From Nitrospirota bacterium (GTDB lineage: Bacteria > Nitrospirota > JACRHJ01), in contig CAWJRJ010000017.1 in the NCBI GenBank assembly GCA_963845245.1, positions 160,001-224,000 on the forward strand: a stretch of 64,000 bases of DNA, given 5' to 3'. The notes beneath the pieces are model-generated. The model was not told the DNA's origin. It ran no database searches and saw nothing but the letters and a program-made list of their open reading frames with translations. A program made the translations under genes and the position numbers. The stretch's first letter is position 1, and each line of letters starts with the position of its first letter. Below are positions 43,748 through 54,207 of the stretch, in pieces.

Positions 43748-45679
43748 TTAAGCCTCGCTTCTGTCATGCATTGCCGATGATTTTAGCCCGGAAACCGACT
43801 TATAAATCTTTGCGTCCCTGAATAGCTGTACAATATGCTGGTCGAGTTTGCCTTCCGATGCCTCCATCTCAAGTATGAACAATGCCTTTTCCGTGGATAC
43901 CGACTTCTTGTACGGCCTGTCCCAGGCGGTCAGAGCGTCGAAGACATCCGCAACCGCCATTATACGAGACTGCAGCGGTATCTCGTCCTGCTTAAGCCTC
44001 CTTGGATAACCGCTTCCATCCAGCCTTTCGTGGTGCGAATAGACTATTTTGTTTATATCCGGGAAGTTCGCAGTCCAGGGTATTTTGGAGAGGATTTTAT
44101 AGCTGTGGGTAACGTGCATCTCTATTTCGTGGCGCTCCGCCGGAGTAAGCGAACCTTTAAGCACGTGCAGGTAGCCAAACTCCTCCTGTGTGAGGTAGGG
44201 GTGGAGCACGCCATCGGGCCCGTTGTAGTTCTTTTCAGCAACCTCAGATAGTCCGGCAAGCTCCGGTAGATCCGTAATGAGCACCCTGGGGTCGTTCGCG
44301 AGTTCAATAAGCTTCTGGTATTTGTCCAGTTTTTCAAGTTCAAGCGCCAGCGTGGAGTCAATCTCATCGACAGCGTTTACGTAGGCTTCATTCCCTTCGC
44401 GCAGGAGTATGTCGTGTTTTTTATCGAGTGCCCCGAGCCTTGTCAACAGCCGGATATAGTTGAACCGGTAACGGACTTCATCTATCCCGCCGTATGGCAG
44501 CTTGGACTCTTTCAGCAACACGGACTCACGTACTGCTATCTTTCCGAAGTCGTGCAGGAGTCCTGCGTAGTGCAGCTCGATCAATTGTTCACGGGTGAAC
44601 GTAATCCCTCTAAAGGACGGCAGGTCGGATTCAGAGATCTTCTTTGCCAGCTCGACAGACAGGGTTGCCACGCGGTTCGAATGGCCGGCTCCCGTAGGGT
44701 CTCTATATTCAACTGCGGTAACCGCGGCGTCTATGAATCCTTCGAAAAGTCCTTTGATATCGGAGAATAGTTGTGCGTTCTTAATCGCTATGGCAGCTAC
44801 GGATGATATCGCGGATATCAGCTTTTCCTCGCGGGAGTTGAACTCGTCGCCGTTTCTCTTATCGACAGCGGAGATCATGCCGATGACGCTTCCTTCCGCC
44901 ACGAGCGGGACGGCAATGATCCTCCTGATGGGAAAAGGCCAGGGTTTGTGGTGCCTGGACTCCTCAACTTCGCATACAATTACGGAACGGTGTTCTGTAT
45001 ATGCCTGCCCTATAAGCCCTTCTTCGAGCGCGGGGGAAAAACCCAAAGCCAGATTCTCATGTGCGCCACACGCAAGGACGGTACGGAATACTCCAGCCTT
45101 GAAGTCCGCGAGCTGAAGGATTATATCCGTCGGGTCAAGGATTTTTTTTGCCTCGTCCATCACAATTCGACATATCTCACCAACTTCAACCTTCGCGCCC
45201 AGCCGCGCGGTCAGTCCGTAGATGAGTGCAAGCTCCTCGTAGACCCGTACCACCTCTCCGGACAGGCTTTCCACGTCAACGCCCGCCTCTGCGAGGCTCT
45301 CGAGGTGGGATACTGACAATGAAAGGAGAGGCAAGGCCTGGTCGCCTGCGTCGTTTAAGCACGCAGAGAGGTACCCGAGCTTCTGGTCCTTGTAATGGAC
45401 AGGGGCGGCCATCAGATGCAACCCTTCACCAAGTGCAAGCCCCATAGGCCCGTCGCCTATCACATCAATGACTTTGTCCCAGGCATCAGGAGGCCAGGGA
45501 TGCCCTCCGCTAATAGAGCCTACATCAGACTTCGGGTACGACTCCATTACCGTTGTACCCAAAACGTCAAGCACCCTCAGAGGCGCCTTCAAGAACATAG
45601 AAGTCGTGTTAAGGTAGCTGATAAGCCTGTCTCTCGGGATCAGGTCGATGAGCGTTAAGCTTTTCGAAGCTTTGTCCAT
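43748..45679 (-). CDS. GAF + HD-GYP cyclic dinucleotide phosphodiesterase
   Basis: GAF; RDPTGAGHSNRV, LHDFGKI, HHERLDGSGYP, ADVFDAL..DRPYK. Confidence 0.92.
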   Translation of the reverse strand: MDKASKSLTLIDLIPRDRLISYLNTTSMFLKAPLRVLDVLGTTVMESYPKSDVGSISGGHPWPPDAWDKVIDVIGDGPMGLALGEGLHLMAAPVHYKDQKLGYLSACLNDAGDQALPLLSLSVSHLESLAEAGVDVESLSGEVVRVYEELALIYGLTARLGAKVEVGEICRIVMDEAKKILDPTDIILQLADFKAGVFRTVLACGAHENLALGFSPALEEGLIGQAYTEHRSVIVCEVEESRHHKPWPFPIRRIIAVPLVAEGSVIGMISAVDKRNGDEFNSREEKLISAISSVAAIAIKNAQLFSDIKGLFEGFIDAAVTAVEYRDPTGAGHSNRVATLSVELAKKISESDLPSFRGITFTREQLIELHYAGLLHDFGKIAVRESVLLKESKLPYGGIDEVRYRFNYIRLLTRLGALDKKHDILLREGNEAYVNAVDEIDSTLALELEKLDKYQKLIELANDPRVLITDLPELAGLSEVAEKNYNGPDGVLHPYLTQEEFGYLHVLKGSLTPAERHEIEMHVTHSYKILSKIPWTANFPDINKIVYSHHERLDGSGYPRRLKQDEIPLQSRIMAVADVFDALTAWDRPYKKSVSTEKALFILEMEASEGKLDQHIVQLFRDAKIYKSVSGLKSSAMHDRSEA

Positions 45680-45887
45680 TACATTTAAATATAACAGAAC
45701 CCCTAAATATTACAAGGCTGTGCGGGTTTGTGCTTTTGGGTAAGGCTGAACAAGGCGGCAGATATGATACGGTATGAAACCGGCAGTAGCAAGGGGTCGG
45801 TGATGCTCGCACCGGCATCCAGATGGTTATTTTGTAAATCGGCTGAAAAGCAAAAAGGCGGCCTTAAAAAGGCCGCCTTGTAGTATT

Positions 45888-45963
45888 TGGTGATCCCTAC
45901 GGGACTCGAACCCGTGTTTTCGGCGTGAGAGGCCAACGTCCTAGGCCGCTAGACGAAGGGACC
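45888..45963 (-). tRNA. tRNA-Glu(CTC)
   Basis: Reverse complement GGTCCCTTCGTCTAGCGG...TTGGC-CTCTCAC-GCCGA...GTTCGAGTCCC...CCA; terminator at 45852-45880. Confidence 0.96.
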
Positions 45964-46096
45964 ATAAAGCGAGTAGACAATGTAAAATATCAGCCGCCAA
46001 AAGTCAAGATAAAAATCAAAAATGAAGGAAATACGGTTATTTATGCAATAAAAAACCCTCCGTTGGGAGGGTCTTTTAGTATAGAGCCGCTTACGG

Positions 46097-46393
46097 CTAA
46101 GGCGCGCTTCTTTTAATGCCCTTGTTGCTCTTGGACGGATGGTATTTCCCGAAGAAATCGCCGCGGCTGTGCGGTCTGTTGATTTTGATGGGCAACGGGT
46201 ACGTAGTAGCCTTGTTGAGAGCATGCCAGGTCTGTTTTGCCAGGTTGATCAGCCTGTCCTGTGTACGGAGCAACTCCTTTACCTGTGCAGTCTTGGACTG
46301 CTCGTGCAGTTCCTTTTGGGCGACTTTCAGTTCGTCTATTTTCACTTTTACTGCATAGGGCTCCTCTGTTTTTTCTTTCTTGATCTTCTTCAT
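46097..46393 (-). CDS. Hypothetical small basic protein
   Basis: AGGAGGGG RBS; lies downstream of the USP gene; followed by a terminator at 46050-46078. Confidence 0.65.
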   Translation of the reverse strand: MKKIKKEKTEEPYAVKVKIDELKVAQKELHEQSKTAQVKELLRTQDRLINLAKQTWHALNKATTYPLPIKINRPHSRGDFFGKYHPSKSNKGIKRSAP

Positions 46394-46430
46394 GGCCCCT
46401 CCTGTCTTGCTGCCGGCTTATGGCGGTATT

Positions 46431-46871
46431 CTATGCCTTCGCCTTTACGCATAGTACCGGGCATTCGGCCTTTTTTACCACTTTTTCCACTGCGGACCTG
46501 AAAACGAAGTCCATCCCGCTCTTGGCGTGAGTGCCCATCACAATCAGGTCGACGCCCTTCTCCTTGGCATAGTTGAGGATGACCTCTTCCGGCACGCCTT
46601 TGATGATTACGCGGTTCACCTTCTTGAAGTCCCGGAGTTCCTCGTAACAGCAGTGCTCCAGTTTCTTTGTAGCCTGAGCCTCCATCTCCTTGTAGAACTC
46701 GTCAAGCGAGGTATGGGGAACGTACCAGCCCCTGCCCTTACTGATATCGTCCAGGGCGAATAGCAGTGAGATTTCCGAATCGTACTGTTTGGCGAGCGCC
46801 TTTACGTAGTCAAGGGCCGCCGCCGAGCCTTCTGTAAAATCCGTGGGGTGAAGAATGTGCTTGATGTTCAT
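46431..46871 (-). CDS. Universal stress protein
   Basis: HILHPTDF, DLIVMGTH, AVEKVVKKAECPVLCV. Confidence 0.92.
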   Translation of the reverse strand: MNIKHILHPTDFTEGSAAALDYVKALAKQYDSEISLLFALDDISKGRGWYVPHTSLDEFYKEMEAQATKKLEHCCYEELRDFKKVNRVIIKGVPEEVILNYAKEKGVDLIVMGTHAKSGMDFVFRSAVEKVVKKAECPVLCVKAKA

Positions 46872-47099
46872 GACGTCCCCCTCCTTAATGATATTTATGA
46901 ATTAATACCTCTATTTAAAGCTTATATCGCACAAGCCGTTATGTCAACAGTTTTGCGATTTTAATCCAAATATTAGCCTACGCGGGGCGCAGGTTTAACT
47001 TATGCCGTTGTAAAGTCGTTTTTTTTAAAAATAGGTTGCCAACATTGCAGAAGTAGTATATATTCACGGCAAGTCTTTATACCTTTACGGGTAAGCAGC

Positions 47100-47819
47100 A
47101 TGTCTGAAAAAAAGAGTATTTTGATCGTCGATGACAGCCAGGTAGCCCTTCTGAGCCTGTGTACGCTCATGAGGAGGATGGGGTTTGGCATCATCCCCGC
47201 CGAAAGCGGTCTTGAGGCTATGAAGCTCCTCAGGCTCAAGACGCCAGACCTGGTCCTGCTTGATGTCAACATGCCGATGGTTGACGGTGTCAAGACCCTC
47301 AAGCACATAAAAGATACCGCACCGAATGTCCCTGTTGTTATGCTCTCAGGCATCGACGACAGCGCAACGGTCGCGCAGTGCAAGGCGCTCGGCTGTTCCG
47401 ACTACCTCCCCAAACCCTTCAATGTACGTGAACTCCACGGCATGCTCCAGGAATGGATCTACCGGCCTGTAGGCTGGAAGAGACGGCATCTGAGGGTGGA
47501 CCATGTAATGCGCGCTAATGTTCTTTACAATGGCATGCTCTACGGCCTGAACTCCGAGACAATTTCCGAGGGCGGCATATACATCAAGAAAGAAGTGCCC
47601 CTGCCCGTCGGTTCTGAGGTCGAGGTCTCGTTTGAAGTAGGGAATGGGAAGGCTCTCAACCTGAACGGCCGCGTGATATATATACGCGTCTTCAACACCT
47701 ACGAACCTGACATCTCACCCGGCATGGCCATAGAGTTCATCGACATGAATGAGGGCGAGGCGCTTACGCTGAGCCAGCACGTTTCAGGCATCATGAATCA
47801 GTGCCTCACGTTCAACTAA
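47100..47819 (+). CDS. Response regulator with a C-terminal PilZ domain
   Basis: REC (IVDD, LLDVNMP, KPF); PilZ RRHLR...TISEGG...PGMAIEF. Confidence 0.88.
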   Translation: MSEKKSILIVDDSQVALLSLCTLMRRMGFGIIPAESGLEAMKLLRLKTPDLVLLDVNMPMVDGVKTLKHIKDTAPNVPVVMLSGIDDSATVAQCKALGCSDYLPKPFNVRELHGMLQEWIYRPVGWKRRHLRVDHVMRANVLYNGMLYGLNSETISEGGIYIKKEVPLPVGSEVEVSFEVGNGKALNLNGRVIYIRVFNTYEPDISPGMAIEFIDMNEGEALTLSQHVSGIMNQCLTFN

Positions 47820-47863
47820 TCGCCTCTTTCGTGCTTAATCCCGTATTATCCCCGGTTTAATCC

Positions 47864-49030
47864 TCAAAAGTGCTTGTCCTTGTCCGTGGCTTTTCCCCCG
47901 GCGGCTGAGTTGCCAGTAATCTTCCGCTCCCACGCGCTAGTCTGCCAGTTGTCGCTGCGGGTGGATGCTGGCATCCACGGCGGAAGCTCCAGTTGGAATC
48001 GTTTCGATAGAGCATAGACGTACGGCTCGTACATCTGCCTCAGTTCCGTAAGTTTCAGGTCGGCCTCATCCCCGGTTTGAAGGCGAAGGCCAGAGGCGGA
48101 AAGCATCGTGCGCAGTTCCGTCAACTCCGCTTCCGGCAACCGGTCACGCCGAGGTTTCAACGGCGGTACGCGGAATACCAATGAGAGGTCCACGACCGCA
48201 TGTCGGGCTATGGCGAACGTCAGCTCCGCCTGGCGCTTGCAGGCGCCTTCCAGCCCGGCCATTATCAATGTGCATGTGTCCATTACAGCTGTCAGCGCGG
48301 ACAGCCAGGACTGGTTGTCGTGCTGGGAACGGAAATAGGCGAGCACCGGGTATGAAAGGTGGCTCTCCATAAGCTCCGCCGACCACTGCTCCCACTCGAA
48401 AAGCACCTGGCGCAGTGCCTCCATACCGTGCTCGTGGCCGTGGCGAACAAGCATCTCGGCGGCGGTGGGCGGTGTGCCCGCGCGCGCGTCGAGCAGGGAT
48501 ATCCTCGTCTCGCGCCGGGAGAAAGACTGGTTAAGCGCTGGCAGGTATCCGATGACGATTGCAAGGAACCCCAGGCCCAGGCCCGCTTCGGCCACGGTAA
48601 GGAACCGCCCGGTCGTGGTGCGCGGGGTGACGTCGCCGATGCCCAGCGTGAAGAAGTTGGTGCCGCTCAGGTAGAGGTCGGTGAAGAATCCGGGAGGTAT
48701 CCCTGGGGTGTTCAAGGCCGAGCCTGCGGCCATGTACAGAAATGCGAAGCCTATTATCAGTATGGTTGCCCAGAGGCCGAGCAGGAAGAACAGCGAGAGC
48801 GGGCCGAAGAAGCTCAGCCAGGTCTCAAGCTTCTTGCCCGAGAAGAACCTGTTCCCGATTGCGCGCCACGGGTGCCAGACGCCCAGATAGAAGGTGCGGG
48901 TCAACCTGAACCGTCTGGTGACGCGACGCGGCAGCACAATCGTCTCGAAACCTTCCCAAAGGATGAGAACGATAAGACCAACCCCGATTATAGCCTCTAC
49001 AATCGCCACAATCGCCTCCGTGACCATCAA
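47864..49030 (-). CDS. Ion channel (potassium channel family) protein
   Basis: TM segments, pore-like FFTLGIGD, SHLSYPVLAYFRSQH. Confidence 0.8.
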   Translation of the reverse strand: MMVTEAIVAIVEAIIGVGLIVLILWEGFETIVLPRRVTRRFRLTRTFYLGVWHPWRAIGNRFFSGKKLETWLSFFGPLSLFFLLGLWATILIIGFAFLYMAAGSALNTPGIPPGFFTDLYLSGTNFFTLGIGDVTPRTTTGRFLTVAEAGLGLGFLAIVIGYLPALNQSFSRRETRISLLDARAGTPPTAAEMLVRHGHEHGMEALRQVLFEWEQWSAELMESHLSYPVLAYFRSQHDNQSWLSALTAVMDTCTLIMAGLEGACKRQAELTFAIARHAVVDLSLVFRVPPLKPRRDRLPEAELTELRTMLSASGLRLQTGDEADLKLTELRQMYEPYVYALSKRFQLELPPWMPASTRSDNWQTSAWERKITGNSAAGGKATDKDKHF

Positions 49031-49039
49031 CAGACTTAT

Positions 49040-49414
49040 CTATATTGTACCATCTGTACGTTTCTGACGTCTCTGGCGCAGGTACAGCCACGCGTTGAAG
49101 CCGCACAGTCCGACCGTCATGGCGGCGATAGCCATGTCGGATACGTTCAGGTAGATTATCTTGTCCAGGTAGTGGGAGATGAATGAGCCGGAGTATGTTG
49201 CGGCAGGAGAACTTTTGGATGTGAGCCATACTTCAAGGTCGGTGAGGGGGCAGTAAAATCCGAATACGTTTATGACAAAGGCGAAGGCCAGACCGCCGAT
49301 ATGCACATACTTAACCGCCCTGTGCTTCCTCCCCCATATCCCTCCGAATATCAGGAAGAGGATCCAGAGAAAGTGGGTTAGGACCGTCAGGTCGGCGAGG
49401 AACTTGTAGGCCAT
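49040..49414 (-). CDS. DUF2784 family membrane protein
   Basis: LAD...HFLWILF..FGG, CPLTDLE, FISHY. Confidence 0.85.
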   Translation of the reverse strand: MAYKFLADLTVLTHFLWILFLIFGGIWGRKHRAVKYVHIGGLAFAFVINVFGFYCPLTDLEVWLTSKSSPAATYSGSFISHYLDKIIYLNVSDMAIAAMTVGLCGFNAWLYLRQRRQKRTDGTI

Positions 49415-49448
49415 ACAAGGATTATATCATTACTGAGGGTTTATCCCT

Positions 49449-49784
49449 TTACAAGTAGTCCTTGCGTATCGGCGACCATGCGTCCACCGCACGGCATGGC
49501 TTCTCGGCAGTGAACGCACGATGCGGGACGTTGGACGGTATTGCGACCACGTCGCCCTTCTTGAGGGTCACGGTCTTCCCGCCATAGGAGAAGCAGAGCT
49601 CACCTTCGAGCACCATGGTTATCTGCTCCGCCTCGTGCGAGTGCTCGGGGAAGTCGGAGTCCGGCGCGATGTCGAAGTAGGTGAGCATGGTATTGGCGGT
49701 GCCCACGGCGAACATCTTTGCGCCCGGCAGGATTTCCTTCAATGGCAGGTCTTTTGGGTGGTAGAGTTTGATATCGTCAGACAC
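49449..49784 (-). CDS. Cupin domain protein
   Basis: PEHSHEAEQI...GE, GD...IPSNVPH. Confidence 0.9.
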   Translation of the reverse strand: MSDDIKLYHPKDLPLKEILPGAKMFAVGTANTMLTYFDIAPDSDFPEHSHEAEQITMVLEGELCFSYGGKTVTLKKGDVVAIPSNVPHRAFTAEKPCRAVDAWSPIRKDYL

Positions 49785-49819
49785 GCTTGAACCTCTCTAT
49801 GTATTTTACCATCGGCATT

Positions 49820-50331
49820 CTATGCTTTTGCAAGCGTCAGGCAAAAAGGCAGGGTGTCCGAAAACGGTATGTTTATCGTGTCGGATTTTTTGGCGGTCTT
49901 CTTGATGGACATGATATGCGCAATGGTGTCGCGTGCGACCTGGTTGCACTCCTCCTCAAGCGCCTGTATCAACAGCATCCGTATAAGTTTGTCGTTCGTT
50001 ATGCCTATCTCAGCCTTCTGGTTTTCCCACCTTGATACGGACACCGGGTCTACGCCAAGCAGCGCTGCGAACTTCTTGGCATTAAGGCCCATTTCCTTCC
50101 TCAAGAACCTCACTTCGCTGCCATCCAGAGGCCCGCTTTTCCTTACAAGGTTGAGGGCTATCACCTTGTGGACTTCCTCGATGTTCTTTATCTCGCGGCA
50201 GCAAGCTCCCCACATGACGGGCATTCATGGACATCAATACCCTTCAGGATAATGTTATCAAGCCCGGATTCGGTATACCGGTAATCCTTCTTGCTCTTTT
50301 TTAGTTTGCTTCCGCACGTCGGGCAAAGCAT
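49820..50331 (-). CDS. MqsA/YgiT-type Zn-finger + HTH antitoxin (frameshift near 50195)
   Basis: MLCPTCG...YTESGLDNIILKGIDVHECPSCGE, then EVRFLRKEMGL..KKFAALLGVDPVSVSRWEN. Confidence 0.85.
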
Positions 50332-50349
50332 TGTTCAGCCCTTTCCAAT

Positions 50350-50652
50350 TTAGTTCATAACCGTGACGATCACGACCTTTTGCTCTTCATCATATATCGA
50401 AACCGGAACCTTTAGCTTGACTCCGTCCAGTGTGAGCCCTTCTATCGTATATATCCACTTGCCGGTCTTTATGTGAGGCTCCGGTTCACCCGGAATCCTG
50501 CCGGTTTTAATCACATGGAGGACATCCCGGACGTCTACGCCGCGTTCAAGCATCCTCTTCTTGTAATGCCCTGAAAGCACCAGGCCACCGCCGTCCTTTA
50601 TAATCGTTTGGACGACCTTCAAGGCCTGCCGGGTGGAATATTTAGTATCCAT
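50350..50652 (-). CDS. DUF4258 family putative toxin
   Basis: SGHYKKRMLERGV...V..GRI...W.Y.IEG...VIVTV; lies upstream of the antitoxin. Confidence 0.8.
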   Translation of the reverse strand: MDTKYSTRQALKVVQTIIKDGGGLVLSGHYKKRMLERGVDVRDVLHVIKTGRIPGEPEPHIKTGKWIYTIEGLTLDGVKLKVPVSIYDEEQKVVIVTVMN

Positions 50653-50658
50653 CAAAAT

Positions 50659-50675
50659 ATTAACATAATGTTAAT
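50659..50675. promoter_or_regulatory. TA operator palindrome
   Basis: ATTAACAT-A-ATGTTAAT inside the minus-strand promoter TTGAAA-N17-TAATAT. Confidence 0.65.
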
Positions 50676-50708
50676 TTACTTTCAATTCAATTTTTTGGCT
50701 TGAACCGC

Positions 50709-52019
50709 TCAATGTCCTTTCACCTTCGGGAAAGTCCTCCCGCCGAACACCTTGAACACCATGTTGGAGCCTGGGTTTATCATCCACGAAGGCGTGGAGC
50801 CCCAGAGGCGCTTCTGAAGATGTTCGGGAAGGTGTGGAACTCGCGGAACATCCACCAGTAGCCCTCCTGAAGGTCCTTCACGCTCATCTTCGTCGGCTGG
50901 TATACGACGGTCGAGATGTCGTAATGCTCCCAGTCGAAGTCGAAGATGCGGCCCTCGGCCTTGAACCTTTCATGGAGTCGCGTGCCGGGGAAGGGCGTGA
51001 CGACCGTGAGGAACGCGGCGTCGAGCTTCACCTTCTGGCCGAAGTCGAGGAACTTCTGGAAGACGGACGTGGTCGTCGTGGTCGAACCCGAACATGAAGC
51101 AGCCGTGTATGGAGATGCCGTGGTCGTGCAGCTTCTTCACGGTGGTCGCGTACTTCTCCACGATGTTGTGGCCCTTGTCTATGCCTTCCAGCGACTCCTG
51201 GTTCAGGGAGTCGAAGCCGACGAAAAGCACCTTGCAGCCGGACTGCTCCAGCTTGTCCAGTACCTCGTCGTCGTCCGCGACCGAGTTGGTGCTCTGCGCG
51301 TACCAGTTCAGCTTGTACGGCGTTATGTCGTCGCACATCCGCATCAGGAACTTGCGGTTGGCCACGATGTTGTCGTCGCAGAAGAAGACCTCGTTGCCGC
51401 GGAAGCGGTTCCGGTCCATCGCCTCGATCTCTTTTATCACCTGCTCGTGCGACTTGTGGCGGTATGAGCGTCCGAAGAACTGGGTCACGGTGCAGAACTC
51501 GCAGTTGTACGGGCAGCCGCGCGTGGTCTGGATGATGTTCGGCAGGAAGAAGCCCTTGCCCTTGTAATAGTCGAGCCTGGGGATGGGCGATTCGGTGATG
51601 AGGTCTATCTGGCCTTCGTTCTGGTAGAACTTCTTCGTCTGGCCCTTCTGGAAGTCATGCAAGAGCTGCTGCCAGGTGCGTTCACCCTCGCCGATTATAA
51701 TCGAGTCGAAATGCTCCGCGGCCTCTTTCGGCGCCATCGTCGCGTGTATGCCGCCCATGGCCGTGAAGACGCCGCGCTTCTTGAACTCCGCCGCGATCTC
51801 GTATGCGCGTCTCGATACCGGGGTCATGCCGGTCATGCCGACAATGTCCACCGGGTCGTCGTAGTTTATCGGGCCCTTCTCGTCGTAGATTATCTCGACT
51901 TCGTGTTCTGAAGGGGTGAGCGCCGCGACGGTGGCAAGGGAGAGAGACGGGATGCCGGAGCCGAGTTTGCCCCAGAGTGAGGTCTTGGGCCAGGCTGGCA
52001 TGATGAGCTTTATCTTCAT
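50709..52019 (-). CDS. B12-binding radical SAM protein (frameshifts in the 3' part)
   Basis: GGIHAT, GEGE, TTRGCPYNCEFC, DDN, FMFGFD, TPFPGT. Confidence 0.9.
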
Positions 52020-52149
52020 GCTTTCCTCCAGGGTTGCATGCATGGAAATATCAGTAGGGATTATGATAAGGATAAAGGGGTAGGCAAGTCAATAAAATAA
52101 AAGGGGACGTTTCCGTCCCCTTTAGGCTTGTTTCTAAACCGTGCAGGTC

Positions 52150-52767
52150 TTACTTTCTGATCATCTGTATTGCGGGCAGGCTTATCCTCAGCACGGCCGA
52201 GATAGAAGAGGACGTACTGGCGTTTGTGAACGTGACAAGGCTGGTATTCGTCGGGTGGATTTGCGCCTTCAGCATGCCTCTTGCGCCGCCTGATTTAAGG
52301 ACGCCCTTGAAATCGACGTTGCCGTCCCACTGCACTATGCTGCCGCTGGTGCCGCTAACGGTCTTGGTGATGGGGTCGTATGTCGCATCGCCGCTGATCC
52401 AGACTGCGCCTGACGCCGGGACCGTACCTCTGTAGAGGTTGACGTTCGGCTGTACATAAGCGCCGGCGAAATCAACCCACACACCCTCAGAGAAGGTGAT
52501 GGAGCCATCTACCGACTTCACGCTCGTCGTTGAGTTGGTGAAGTTTATCGTCACGTTATTGCTTCTGCCCTTGTTCTTGGCGATAAACTTGTACTTCACG
52601 GGGGTGCTGTTGAGCAAGGCGGTTACCATGACGTTACCGCTCACGCACGCACCTTGATAAGACGCGGTGGACGTGCTGTTGAAAACAGGCTTTGGCGCTG
52701 CCGAAGAAACAACCGGCAGACCGAGTATTGCAATCGAAAGAATTGCTGTCAACCAAATCTTCTTCAT
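52150..52767 (-). CDS. Hypothetical exported Ser/Thr-rich beta protein
   Basis: GGAGG RBS, signal peptide, terminator at 52100-52123. Confidence 0.75.
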   Translation of the reverse strand: MKKIWLTAILSIAILGLPVVSSAAPKPVFNSTSTASYQGACVSGNVMVTALLNSTPVKYKFIAKNKGRSNNVTINFTNSTTSVKSVDGSITFSEGVWVDFAGAYVQPNVNLYRGTVPASGAVWISGDATYDPITKTVSGTSGSIVQWDGNVDFKGVLKSGGARGMLKAQIHPTNTSLVTFTNASTSSSISAVLRISLPAIQMIRK

Positions 52768-52994
52768 TTCCACCTCCACTGTTAAGGGATAAAAATACCT
52801 CCGCTACATTATGAAAGTAAATTTATCCCCCTCTGGTTATAATGTCAAATTAATATTCGTTAATTAACAGTATAGCACGAATTATAGAACATGTAGTAAC
52901 CGGGAATATACTTATCAATGGTTGAATTTCAAGAAATTATAAAGTATTATTAAATCCTTAAGAATACGAATAAATGGAGATCGGAGATTATAAA

Positions 52995-54207
52995 ATGGCT
53001 GAACAGGACCTGAGCGGTCTAAAGATAGAAAAATCCGGGTTCAAAGGCGGGGGCCGTGGAAATAAACGATATATATGGGTAGTCGTCGCGGTAGCCGTCG
53101 CTGTGGCGGCAGTCCTGCTTTATGGAGTATTCCGTCCTGGAGTGGAGGTAAACACCGCCCTGGTATCCATGGTTTATCCGTCCCAGACCTTCACAAAGCT
53201 CAACGCCAGCGGGTATGTGGTCGCCCAGAGGAAGGCCGCCGTAGCCGCCAAGGTTACCGGCAGGCTGATATGGCTGGGCGTGCGCGAGGGCAGCCGGGTA
53301 ACAAAGGGCGAGATAATCGCAAGGCTTGAGCAGGAGGACGTGAGCGCAATAAAAGAGCAGTCGGCCGCCACATTAAAGGAGACTACAGCGAACCTGGAGC
53401 AGGCCGAAGCCGAATACAGGGACGCTCAACTTAACCTCGACCGCATGAAGGATCTATTTAAACGGGACATTGTTGCCAAAGCCGACTACGACTCTGCAGA
53501 GGCGAGGTACAAAAAGGCTGCCGCAGCGGTATCCGGCGCACGGTACGCGATAAAGGCTGCCAAGGCCGTGCTGAAGGGCGCAGACGTAGCAGTGGAGTAC
53601 ACACTTATCCGCGCCCCGTTCGATGCTGTGGTCCTTACGAAGAATGCCGACATCGGCGACGTCGTCACCCCTATTGGCGCTTCCGCAAGCGCGCAGGCGG
53701 CCGTGGTCACGATTGCCGATATGGACTCGTTGGAGGTGGAGGTGGATGTCTCGGAATCAAACCTGGGTATGGTGAAGATGGGTCAGCCAGCCGAGATACA
53801 GCTTGACGCCCTGCCGGATGAGCGGTTCAGAGGCGAGGTGGCAACCATTGTGCCCACGGCGGACAGGACAAAGGCCACCGTGCTGGTGAAGGTGCGCTTC
53901 CTTGAGAAAGACAAACGCATCCTACCTGAGATGAGCGCCAAGGTCGCCTTTCTCGAGCATGATGTGCAGGCGGACCAGAAAAATCCGAGGCTTGCGGTTA
54001 ACCCGGCGGCAATAGCGAATATCCGCGGCAGACAGGTCGCGTATGTCATAAAGGACGGCCGCGTGGCCGAGACTACACGTGAAGACCGGCGGCAGGCTTG
54101 GAGACTGGATAGAGGTGACGAGCGGGCTGAAGGCGGGCGACAAGGTTGCCATATCCGCGCTTGACCGCCTGAAGAACGGCGCCAAGGTCACGGAACTGGA
54201 GAAGTAA
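52995..54207 (+). CDS. Efflux periplasmic adaptor (MFP) (frameshift near the 3' end)
   Basis: ASGYVVAQRKAAV, lipoyl halves, coiled coil, IRAPFDAVV, PEMSAKV. Confidence 0.9.
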
